DNA from: Candidatus Hermodarchaeota archaeon
GTDB lineage: Archaea > Asgardarchaeota > Heimdallarchaeia > Hodarchaeales > Hodarchaeaceae
Assembly (NCBI GenBank): GCA_048886185.1
Contig: JBHLKY010000008.1
Span: 30,001 to 62,000, forward strand
Direction of reading: 5' to 3'
Length of the DNA stretch: 32,000 nt
How positions within the stretch are numbered: the first letter of the stretch is position 1; every line of letters starts with the position of its first letter. The notes beneath the pieces are model-generated. The model did no database searches, was not told the DNA's origin, and saw only the letters and a program-made list of their open reading frames with translations. Position numbers and translations under genes: made by a program. This document shows positions 1-8,704 of the stretch, piece after piece.

Positions 1-1
1 C

Positions 2-277
2 TCCAAAGTGGAATTATGGGATTACAAAAAGAAAACTAAGGAAAAAATTCCCCTTAAAACCTTTATAGCTGCCAAACCAGAGATTTTACAGGAAGAGTTT
101 GAAGAGTTTCAATTGATAAATTTTGAACAAAAAGGAACTCTTGCACAAATCATGAACACTAACAATTTTGAAACATATTACATTGAATCTATTGAGGTTT
201 CAGATCTTATAGAAGGTGCAACTTTCGAAGGAATACTATATGATGGAATTTTACTCAGAAAACAAAAGAAGGCTTAA
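2..277 (+). CDS. Probable NMD3 family 60S/50S maturation factor, C-terminal part (5'-truncated by window edge)
   Basis: Frame is open from the window edge (SKVELWDY...). VELWDY and AQIMNTNNFETYYI resemble the eIF5A-like C-terminal region of archaeal Nmd3 (recalled similarity). Confidence 0.55.
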   Translation, partial: SKVELWDYKKKTKEKIPLKTFIAAKPEILQEEFEEFQLINFEQKGTLAQIMNTNNFETYYIESIEVSDLIEGATFEGILYDGILLRKQKKA

Positions 278-307
278 GTGTTACAGTAAAGCATAGGAAG
301 ACTCGAA

Positions 308-1687
308 GTGAATAATTATGACTTTTCTAAAGATTTAAAGGTCATTATCGAATCAGCAGCAACCATAATATCATATTATGAAGAAAAACAAGTGTCCTTA
401 AGAAATGCTATGAAAATTCTACCTAATTTAATTGAGCACTTACCTCCTGATACATATTCACACATTCATGCACTCGTTTTTGAGACTGTTAGACATCAGA
501 ATGTAATTAATCGGATTATTCATCTTTATTTTCACCGCTATCTTTCAGATAGAATCTCTTCTGAGCTTCGTAACTTGCTACGTGCTATTACATATCTTTT
601 GACTCTTTCATCTAACAGTACTAGTTACCATCTTTGGGAAGAAATTCGGGAAATCACTCTTGGTTCTATTAACGATCCAAAAATTGTACCTCTAGTTGAA
701 AATTACTTTGAAATCCTTAGGAATTGGAATTTCGATTCACTACTAGATACTCTGGATGATCCTCAAGAAAAAATGGCAGTTCTTTATTCTCATCCTACTT
801 GGTTGGTACGTGATTGGATTAATTATTATGGATTAGAAACTACAAAAAAAATCTTAGACTCTAATAATCTTGACCAACAAGTTTATTTGCGGCTTAACTT
901 ACTAAATCACCAAAAAATCGAAATTATTAACCAATTACAAGAGGAGGAAGTAGAAATTGAGCAAGATCAACATCTTTCTGATTTGTTAAGAGTAATTTCT
1001 TGGAAAAATCCAATCCCCCGTCTACCTTCCTTTAATAAGGGATTTTATTATATGCAGGATAAAGGATCAGCATTAATTTCTCATATTCTAGATCCAAAGG
1101 TTAATGAGGTTATATTAGATGCTTGCGCCGCACCAGGTGGAAAAACCCTTCACATTGCTACACTACAACAGGACTCTGGAACAATAATTGCCTTAGATAA
1201 CCATTTTCGGAGATTAATGGAATTAGTAAAAAAAGTTAAAATGTTTAGACTGGAAAGCATTTCACCAATCCTTTATGATTTACGCTTATGCCTTAATTTT
1301 AATATTAAATTTGATAAAATTCTTTTAGATGCTCCCTGTTCTGGATCAGGAACCTTTGCATCACGACCAGATGCTAAATGGCGAGTAGATCGTCATCAAA
1401 TCAAATGGTTAAGTAAATTACAATATACCCTTTTATCAAACACTTCTACTTTACTCAAGCCCATTCCTAGCGCATCTTTAGTCTATGCTACCTGTTCTCT
1501 TCATCCTCTTGAGAATGAATCAGTAATTAATAAATTCCTTACAAGTCACCCAAACTTCTTCTTACAACCACAGAAGATCTTTATTGGGAGACCCATCCCT
1601 GCATTTCCTCTAGGACAACGTCTTTTCCCTCACATTAACCAAACTGAAGGATTTACGATTTTTAAACTTGGATTAGAATCTGATTAA
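308..1687 (+). CDS. rsmB: RsmB/NOP2/Sun family rRNA m5C methyltransferase with NusB-like N-terminal region
   Basis: Motifs YYMQD, ILDACAAPGGKT, FDKILLDAPCSGSG, LVYATCSLHPLENE; GTG start. Confidence 0.9.
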   Translation: MNNYDFSKDLKVIIESAATIISYYEEKQVSLRNAMKILPNLIEHLPPDTYSHIHALVFETVRHQNVINRIIHLYFHRYLSDRISSELRNLLRAITYLLTLSSNSTSYHLWEEIREITLGSINDPKIVPLVENYFEILRNWNFDSLLDTLDDPQEKMAVLYSHPTWLVRDWINYYGLETTKKILDSNNLDQQVYLRLNLLNHQKIEIINQLQEEEVEIEQDQHLSDLLRVISWKNPIPRLPSFNKGFYYMQDKGSALISHILDPKVNEVILDACAAPGGKTLHIATLQQDSGTIIALDNHFRRLMELVKKVKMFRLESISPILYDLRLCLNFNIKFDKILLDAPCSGSGTFASRPDAKWRVDRHQIKWLSKLQYTLLSNTSTLLKPIPSASLVYATCSLHPLENESVINKFLTSHPNFFLQPQKIFIGRPIPAFPLGQRLFPHINQTEGFTIFKLGLESD

Positions 1688-4230
1688 CCAAAAAATTCCA
1701 TTAGATTTACCTGTCCTGAAGCAATTTCATTAACATCAATATCTAGAGCTCCAAATAACTGGTCAAAAATAGAATCTACCATGGACTTATACGCTTTTAC
1801 ATCAAATTTGGATTTATCAGTTATCAAAGCGAGTGGTGTTACACGATCCCCTGTCTCTGTTTTAACAAAATGAATTAATTGCCCTGCTTTTACAAAAGGA
1901 GTCTTACTCTTTTTTCCCTCATGTTTCGCTTTATATTGCTTTTGATATAGATTTTCCAGCTGGTTAGCAGCCTTTACGTGTTGTGATCTCACTTTATACC
2001 TAGCCAGCGGTTGTGTTAATTGCATGGTTATCGCCAAGTCTTTTCCCGAATAAGCTCCTTTTTCTAGTTTCTGATAGATACCTCTTGCGAGATCTTTAAC
2101 ATTTTTTTTGGCTGTATCAAATTCTTCTCTTGTATTAACTTGCGATAAAATATCTAGGACTTGTTTGAACGCTTCTTGCAAAAATGGTGGAGTATTTCTT
2201 TTTTTCCCCATTAATCCTTTGACATCAACGCTCGAATCTGGGTAAACCCCAAAATAATTTTTCTTCCGTTCAGATAAGACAACATATCGATATACCTTTT
2301 CCATTTCCAACCTCACTTCCAACTCTTCCTGACTCCATTGAATTAATTCTTCAATTTGCTTTTTTGTGGGTTGGTGTAAGAAAATCGAATCTGTATCACC
2401 ATAAAGAACTTTAACTTTCAATTCTTGGGCCTTTTTAATAGTTCTTTCAATTGCATCACGACCGTAGGCTGTGGTAGAATCAGCAACAGGTAGACAGTAG
2501 AGTGGAAATCGATCACTGCCTAGAACCCCATAACTTGCATTGATTAAGACTTTCAAGCTTCTTTCCAAAATCTGATAATATTCTTTATTGATTGTGTCCT
2601 TTTTCGACTCAGGTTTAAGCCACTGAACTCGTACATCCTTTATAAAACCAATTATATCAGCCATGATCCCACGATCCCTTTTACATACCCAATAATTCGT
2701 TTGAGGAACTAAATTATCCTGGCATTCTGTGTGAGGACACAATATCGTTTCATAGCTTAAATTGAAGGTCGAAATTATAGAGGGATAAAGGGAGGCGAAA
2801 TCAAGGACAGCTACATTGAAATGAACCCCAGGAACAGGATCAATGACCCTTGCACCTTTATACTTCTTCCCTTTGATAATTGCTTCAGAGCTAGCTTGAG
2901 TACCCTTTTTTAATTGGATATCTTCAGGATTAGGAATAAGGTAACCTCGCCGACGGTGTTCATAATAAAATAGACTTCTAACCCAAGTTGACACGCTGGT
3001 CCGGACTAAATCATCAATAGGAATTCTAGAAATCCTAGCCAATATGAATATTAAATTCAAAGGGGTACGGTGATCGAACAATAGGAGATCCAAAGTAATT
3101 TTTGCATCTCTTGAACAATAATAGATGAGATCCCACTCTGGTAAGTCAAAAATTTCTTTATCTAATGTAATTTTCCCAACCCCCAACAGTGCTTGAGCTA
3201 TCGCGTCCAAAGTTTCTTCTTTGTACCGATTGCCAAAGGCATAGGTACGAATCGCAACATTATGATAAAATCTATACAAATCTAAATGGATCGCTAATTT
3301 GAAATTACAACTCTTATCTCTTCGATTCCATTGGATAGGACTATGAACACCAATTTTCAGATGTTTTGCCCGTTCATGAAGATAAGGTAAATCGAAATTA
3401 TCACCATTGAAGGTAGTGATTAATGAGTAGTTTTTCAATAATTCAAAACTTCGCTTTATCAGGTCTTCTTCTGCATCAAATTTTTCGATTTGAATATGGA
3501 ATGGAATATCCTTGGGTTTTTTCCCTTTATCAATTTCATCACGATTCAATACGAGAGCAATCTCTCTTCCAAGATTATCAGCTAAACAAATACAAATCAC
3601 TCGGAATTGTGGATCAGCAGCTTGAGGAATTTGTCCTTCTGTTGAATCAGTTTCTATATCACACGCAACTATCGGCATTTCAGGAATTTCTTGGATGAAA
3701 TCATCCCGAAAAATCTCATGAAGATCACCATACATTGACAATTGTTTAGTTACTGATTCTGGAATATCCATCCCATAATTTTGACTTTGAGAGGGAACAA
3801 ACCTATTTTTGCTTAAGTCCCAACAATATCTTCTACCTGGCACGATTTGAATATCATAAAGCCAATTTTGATGATATTTAATCCTAGATTCCCATGTTTC
3901 CCCAACTAGATCTCTGACTTTAGGCACTTCACTGGGGGTAGGTGTAACAATTCTTGTAAGATTGTCATTAGTCTCATTTAATAGATTTCTTTTAGTTACA
4001 ATATCTATTCGCTTTACAGTATTAGCAGGAAAATCTATTGATTGAATCTTTTGTTGAGACTCGCGACTATAACAATAGGGTTCATGACCGTATGTATCCG
4101 TAATATAGATTACTTTTTTGGCCTCAACGTCAAATAATTTGATACCAGCTCCATTGGTTTTGGCATCATACACAGTACTCAAAACAAAGTAGTCCTTATT
4201 TTCTTTTATCTGTGTTGAATATGGTTTCAT
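1684..4230 (-). CDS. polB1: Family B DNA polymerase, PolB1 (Sulfolobus Dpo1-like) type; exonuclease and polymerase motifs intact, C-terminal PIP box
   Basis: ExoI DIETDS, ExoII FNGDNFDLPYL, ExoIII YCSRDA; polymerase motifs DFASLYPS, KVLINASYG, YGDTDS; Dpo1-like N-terminus (YFVLSTVYD...KLFD...YITDTYGHEPY); QVNLMEFF PIP box. No intein. Confidence 0.95.
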   Translation of the reverse strand: MKPYSTQIKENKDYFVLSTVYDAKTNGAGIKLFDVEAKKVIYITDTYGHEPYCYSRESQQKIQSIDFPANTVKRIDIVTKRNLLNETNDNLTRIVTPTPSEVPKVRDLVGETWESRIKYHQNWLYDIQIVPGRRYCWDLSKNRFVPSQSQNYGMDIPESVTKQLSMYGDLHEIFRDDFIQEIPEMPIVACDIETDSTEGQIPQAADPQFRVICICLADNLGREIALVLNRDEIDKGKKPKDIPFHIQIEKFDAEEDLIKRSFELLKNYSLITTFNGDNFDLPYLHERAKHLKIGVHSPIQWNRRDKSCNFKLAIHLDLYRFYHNVAIRTYAFGNRYKEETLDAIAQALLGVGKITLDKEIFDLPEWDLIYYCSRDAKITLDLLLFDHRTPLNLIFILARISRIPIDDLVRTSVSTWVRSLFYYEHRRRGYLIPNPEDIQLKKGTQASSEAIIKGKKYKGARVIDPVPGVHFNVAVLDFASLYPSIISTFNLSYETILCPHTECQDNLVPQTNYWVCKRDRGIMADIIGFIKDVRVQWLKPESKKDTINKEYYQILERSLKVLINASYGVLGSDRFPLYCLPVADSTTAYGRDAIERTIKKAQELKVKVLYGDTDSIFLHQPTKKQIEELIQWSQEELEVRLEMEKVYRYVVLSERKKNYFGVYPDSSVDVKGLMGKKRNTPPFLQEAFKQVLDILSQVNTREEFDTAKKNVKDLARGIYQKLEKGAYSGKDLAITMQLTQPLARYKVRSQHVKAANQLENLYQKQYKAKHEGKKSKTPFVKAGQLIHFVKTETGDRVTPLALITDKSKFDVKAYKSMVDSIFDQLFGALDIDVNEIASGQVNLMEFFG

Positions 4231-4262
4231 TTACTTTCCTTACTTTGAGCTATATTTGGCAC

Positions 4263-4270
4263 TATAAATA
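4263..4270 (-). promoter_or_regulatory. Candidate TATA box for polB1
   Basis: TATTTATA on the minus strand 33-40 nt upstream of the ATG at 4230, within the inverted repeat ACTAT-AA-ATAGT (4261-4272). Confidence 0.35.
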
Positions 4271-4564
4271 GTACATTTATCTTGGTAATTTAACATAGAG
4301 CTTTTTTGCACAATAACTTTTTAGAATTTTACTGAATTTTTATTAGGACTGGTATATGAATATTTATCTAAACCTCATTTAATAATAGAACTCACATCTC
4401 ATCATTGCTAAGAGAATGAAATTAATATGTGAAATGAAATCATCGATATAATGACTCCCAAACTAGTGCTAGTTTTTTTAATAGATATTATTACAAATAT
4501 CCTAAAAGCTATCCGCATAATTTTTTAAATCACTCAAGCAATAAATTCTCCATATGTGATATAA

Positions 4565-4897
4565 ATGGCAATGGAATTTTCAGTTGAAATAAATGCAAAA
4601 AAGATTCAAACTTTAACTAAGGTTGCAAAACTGCTTAGAGACCAAATCCAGGAGCAAAATAGGAAGATCGAGAAGCTTCAAGAGGAAATTGCCAAAATAA
4701 AAGAAAATTTAGACAAAATATCTGCTTCAAAGGTATCTCCACTGAAAGAAGATATAGATCAAATCACCAGCTCTTCCATTCAGCAAAAACAACTCCAAAA
4801 GCAGCCACAAATATTAGAAATGACTCAACTTAGGAAAAAAACTTCCGATGATAAAGAAAAACTACTCAAAGCATTAAAAATCATTGATGAATTATAA
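4565..4897 (+). CDS. Hypothetical coiled-coil protein with C-terminal amphipathic helix
   Basis: 110 aa ORF filling the gap between polB1 and the next gene; heptad pattern at aa ~12-52; ends DDKEKLLKALKIIDEL. Confidence 0.75.
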   Translation: MAMEFSVEINAKKIQTLTKVAKLLRDQIQEQNRKIEKLQEEIAKIKENLDKISASKVSPLKEDIDQITSSSIQQKQLQKQPQILEMTQLRKKTSDDKEKLLKALKIIDEL

Positions 4898-4931
4898 GAG
4901 TATTATTTTCAAATGAAAATGTAAGTAATTA

Positions 4932-6605
4932 TTAACGTAGAACATTACGAACCATCTGTCGAATTTCTAATGGAACAAGCTCTTTATTCCCCAAGAGTGT
5001 TGTGATGTAATCCCCTATCAGGTCAGATTTCTGCAACCTATCTATCTGATAAAGCTCTTCTCCCCCAGCAGAAATTTCAAGCTTTAAGATATTCCGATCT
5101 ACAAAATCATTCAGTCGCTTATGAAGATCCATCCGTTTTTCTGCAGGTATTCCCAATATCTTGCGTATTTGTTCTTTAGTAAGAGATTGGTTTGCCAAAA
5201 TGAATAAAATCCAGTTATCAGGATGAGCTAAAAATGTTTTAACTAGCTGACGAAGATCAATATCAACACCAAGGGGAGTGTATTGTTCTGATTTCATTGT
5301 AATTTCTTGAGTCACTTTATAGCTTAACTCTTTACCAGGTGAAGCTGGGTGACTGATCATAGCTAATCTTTCTTTTAACAAATCCACATCTTCTCTTAAT
5401 TGAGCAAGATCATCAACTACAAGTGGTTCTGTGACATTCTCATAAAGTAGTGATTCTTCAGGGGTGATGGTTCCTCTTTCTCGTAGAATTCGTTTTAATT
5501 CTTCATTTTCGTGTCTAGTTTGCCTAAGAATGCGTTCAAACTCTATAAGTTTTTCTGAAAGATCATCTGCAAGACGCTCATCCATAGCACGAGACCATGT
5601 TATCTTTTCATCAATCCGTTGTGTTGTCCCAACAAGCTGATATTCAAGATCAACTTTAATGCTTTCTAATTCCGCGATTCGTGCTTCTTGGTTTTGAATT
5701 TTGTCTTTTAATCGTGAAACGACAGAGTCAGATTTTAAAATCGCCTCATTATCTTCGGTTTTAGGAATTTCATAAACTTGGACAAATTTACGATCATCAA
5801 TAATGGATCCTATTTCATATTCTACTTCTAGATTCTTCAGCAATTTAACAATTTCTTTAGTTTCGTCATTATCACGAAACATATAGAGGTTCTTTCGTTC
5901 ACCATTGTAACGATAAATTCGTGAAATCTGGAGCCATGTAATCACAAAATCTAAGATATCCTGTTCATCCTTACATTTAGCAACAGAACGTATGACCTTG
6001 GGAACAGTGGCTTCAAATTCTCCTGTGAACGCCCTGACTAAGGCTGTACAAATCTGCACGGGAATTTTGATATAATACCCACGTTGATTTTGGGGAATCT
6101 CTTCTTCGCATAAACGGACATCGAAAACTGATTCAAAGGTTTCTATAAGACTATCTACTTTTTCACGGTTATCAGTCTGATATGTCCCATTAGAGAACAC
6201 ATTTTTTGTTGTAACAAAATGAGCTAATAGTTTTGTAAGTGAATTGCTACGAGTTCGTATTGGTAACTTTATGGGCAGTTGAAGCTTTTTATTTCCAATA
6301 GTTGTGACAGTAAATGAGGTCATAAAAAGCTCGCGTTCATCCCCTACTAAAAGACGAATTGTGGAAAGTGGAATTGACATTTCAGGATTAGATCGATATC
6401 GGGACCATTGTGCTCTACTAACTAAGGGTTCCAGGCTTTTTAATACAACCTCTTTTTGAAATATGAATCTACGTCCTCGTGGAGTTAAATTTACACGCGT
6501 ATCATCAGGAAAATCTGCTAATGTTAACCATTCTCCTATGTCATAATCCATGTCGAGTTTAGATTGAAACTTTTTAATGGATTCATGTATTTCAGTCTTG
6601 TCCAT
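4932..6605 (-). CDS. Degenerate LAGLIDADG-like domain + coiled coil + C-terminal winged-HTH protein (putative DNA-binding protein)
   Basis: LPIKLP...LTKLLAHFVTTKNV...YQTDNREKVDSLIETFESVF and ILDFVITWLQISRI...EIVKLLKNLEV follow the two LAGLIDADG repeat patterns but lack the GDG/DxEG acidic residues; coiled coil aa ~295-416; wHTH-like aa ~462-523; GGAG SD upstream. The ORF is secure; the domain call is less so. Confidence 0.6.
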   Translation of the reverse strand: MDKTEIHESIKKFQSKLDMDYDIGEWLTLADFPDDTRVNLTPRGRRFIFQKEVVLKSLEPLVSRAQWSRYRSNPEMSIPLSTIRLLVGDERELFMTSFTVTTIGNKKLQLPIKLPIRTRSNSLTKLLAHFVTTKNVFSNGTYQTDNREKVDSLIETFESVFDVRLCEEEIPQNQRGYYIKIPVQICTALVRAFTGEFEATVPKVIRSVAKCKDEQDILDFVITWLQISRIYRYNGERKNLYMFRDNDETKEIVKLLKNLEVEYEIGSIIDDRKFVQVYEIPKTEDNEAILKSDSVVSRLKDKIQNQEARIAELESIKVDLEYQLVGTTQRIDEKITWSRAMDERLADDLSEKLIEFERILRQTRHENEELKRILRERGTITPEESLLYENVTEPLVVDDLAQLREDVDLLKERLAMISHPASPGKELSYKVTQEITMKSEQYTPLGVDIDLRQLVKTFLAHPDNWILFILANQSLTKEQIRKILGIPAEKRMDLHKRLNDFVDRNILKLEISAGGEELYQIDRLQKSDLIGDYITTLLGNKELVPLEIRQMVRNVLR

Positions 6606-6722
6606 TATGTAATCTCCGCAGTTTTTCCTTGATTCTATAACAAGTTTAAACTAATTATCTCTAAATTAATGACATGTTTTATAACATGAACCTTTTCTTA
6701 TCACCTATGGAGCTGAGAAATA

Positions 6723-6736
6723 ATATATAACTTTTG
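6723..6736 (-). promoter_or_regulatory. Candidate BRE-TATA upstream of the 557 aa gene
   Basis: Minus strand reads AAAAG-TTATATAT, about 120 nt upstream of the ATG at 6605. Confidence 0.35.
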
Positions 6737-6834
6737 ATATACAATTTAGAACGACGTGTTTACAGCCTATTATCTAGTTTCAAACTTTAAAAGTAATTAG
6801 GAATTCAGTTTCCTGCCTCTTATGATTTAAGATC

Positions 6835-7695
6835 TTAATTTTTTGATTCAAGATGTTTCTTTTTTAAAAATGGCATCAGAAGAAATTGGTAAAATAAATA
6901 AGCAGAACCTAAAACAACTACAATAATACCTAACATTACATTAAATTGCGTTGACCCAGCATCAATAAACGCTTGTACCGCAGCTGGATCATTTATAATA
7001 TCTTCTAAGCTTCCTTCGTACATATTTGATCCAAGCCAAGCGTAAAAGACACACCTAACGATGGATCCAATTAAAGTAGCGAAAAAGTAAATTCTGAACC
7101 GAATTTTTAGAAATCCTGAGGCATAAGAAATAGGATCAAACGGCATAAAAGGGAATGCTCGGGCTATGATTATAGCTCCGGCACCGTATTTCTTAATATA
7201 ATTATCTATTACTTCTAGATTTTCTTCTCCAAGAAATCTCTCCATCATTGGCCGTCCCCCAAGAACCGCAATATAATAAGTTATAACCCCTGCTACCATT
7301 GAGCCCAAGATTCCAATGAAGGAACCGAACTCAAATCCCCAGAGAAGTCCTGAAGTCAAGAGTACCAATTCTGATGGAATCGGAATTAAGATTCCTTGGA
7401 CTCCCATAAAAATAAGGAAAATGATCCACCCCCATTCTTCTAATCTAATTATAGGCTCAAGAAACCAACGGACGACCTTATCAAATAACCAAGTGTCTTC
7501 ATGAAATTGAAAAACCAAAATGGCAACACTTACTATACAAATAATTACAAAGAATATTATCCAAATCCACGTAGATTTGGTATGACCAGTAAAAGTGCGT
7601 ATAATTGCTTCTTGTATCCAATCGAATCCTTTTTTAACTATATTCTCCGATTCTGATCTTTCACCACTAGATTCGTCCGAATCTTTTCGACCCAT
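6835..7695 (-). CDS. DedA/TVP38/TMEM64 (VTT domain) membrane protein
   Basis: IPIPSELV, G-rich TM segments, ARAFPFMPFDPISYASG, FFATLIGS motifs. Start placed at ATG 7695 (MGRKDS). Confidence 0.9.
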   Translation of the reverse strand: MGRKDSDESSGERSESENIVKKGFDWIQEAIIRTFTGHTKSTWIWIIFFVIICIVSVAILVFQFHEDTWLFDKVVRWFLEPIIRLEEWGWIIFLIFMGVQGILIPIPSELVLLTSGLLWGFEFGSFIGILGSMVAGVITYYIAVLGGRPMMERFLGEENLEVIDNYIKKYGAGAIIIARAFPFMPFDPISYASGFLKIRFRIYFFATLIGSIVRCVFYAWLGSNMYEGSLEDIINDPAAVQAFIDAGSTQFNVMLGIIVVVLGSAYLFYQFLLMPFLKKKHLESKN

Positions 7696-7779
7696 GTCAC
7701 AAACAATTCCTATAAACAAAAAGAAGAACTAATTATAGAATTTCAATGAACCATATTAATTAGTATTTTGGGGGATAAG

Positions 7780-8163
7780 TTACGACGAAATCAGAATCGC
7801 ATCCACAGTTCCATTCTGTCCTGGCCGACTAGTTACTCGTGCAGTTCCTATTTTTGTACGGATTAAAGCTCCTTTTGTGATAATCTTTCTTCTAGCAAAA
7901 TCTCTATTGGCTGGATTCTCAAGGACATCTTCAATTTCAACTTTTTCTGTGGTCTGTTTATCAGAAGAGGATACATTGGCGTAACGACAGCTTTGTAATC
8001 TAATCTTCTTGTTGCCACCCCGTGTGCGTATAGCCTTTTTCCGTGTTTCCCCAAGCATTGTCAGCGCCGCAGGGCGTGCTAAGTCGCGTTTCTTCTTTTT
8101 TATCGCAACTCGATATCGTCCACCAGTTGATTTTCGCACAGATCTCTTTTGTGATCTTACCAT
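7780..8163 (-). CDS. rps8e: 30S ribosomal protein S8e
   Basis: RKSTGGRY, RTRGGNKK, ITKGALIRT...ARVTSRPGQNGTVDAIL. Confidence 0.97.
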   Translation of the reverse strand: MVRSQKRSVRKSTGGRYRVAIKKKKRDLARPAALTMLGETRKKAIRTRGGNKKIRLQSCRYANVSSSDKQTTEKVEIEDVLENPANRDFARRKIITKGALIRTKIGTARVTSRPGQNGTVDAILISS

Positions 8164-8278
8164 CTAAATCTCCACTAAAATTATATCAATTAATCAGATT
8201 AAATTCTCAGTTTTATTGTCTTCTACATTTTTAAGTGTGATCATGATAATTTTATATATCAACTTCTTGTTGTCTTCT

Positions 8279-8566
8279 TTATTTTGGATTTTTTATTTTC
8301 CTCCTCCTCTCATGATCCTCTGTAAATATGCATTCTTCATACCGAACCATATTAAATGAGCTCTTAGGAGTCGAAATCACAACCCAAGGATTTCGTGTTG
8401 ACCCAATAACTTCAAGAACCTCTCCAATTTTCCTGAAATGGTTATTTCTTTTAATTTTTGCATGTGCTCCAATCTTTGGAAGATTTTTATCAGCTAATTC
8501 TACCAAGATCTTTCCTTGGATTTTAATTGAACATTTTCCAATTTTACTTGGCAAAAATAAACCCAT
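8279..8566 (-). CDS. gar1: H/ACA RNP protein Gar1/Naf1
   Basis: PKIG...KIGEVLEVIGSTRNPWVVI pattern typical of archaeal Gar1. Confidence 0.8.
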   Translation of the reverse strand: MGLFLPSKIGKCSIKIQGKILVELADKNLPKIGAHAKIKRNNHFRKIGEVLEVIGSTRNPWVVISTPKSSFNMVRYEECIFTEDHERRRKIKNPK

Positions 8567-8704
8567 GGAATTTTAAATTGTTATTTTATTAATTCATTTT
8601 TTATTGAGAGCTATTATTTGGTTAGGTAATTATGTTTTAAAATAAATACTTCTGTACAATCTTGAGAGTCTATTTCATTTACAAATCATAGGAGTATTGA
8701 ATAA

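Noticed and set aside
3423-3698. 91 aa plus-strand ORF inside polB1
   Set aside because: Antisense shadow of a well-supported gene, with no recognisable motifs.
1684-4230. Intein in the DNA polymerase
   Set aside because: Polymerase motifs are contiguous and the length (848 aa) is normal for PolB1.
4932-6605. Active homing endonuclease, intein or group I intron
   Set aside because: Catalytic acidic residues are absent, there are no Hint splice motifs, and no interrupted host gene flanks it.
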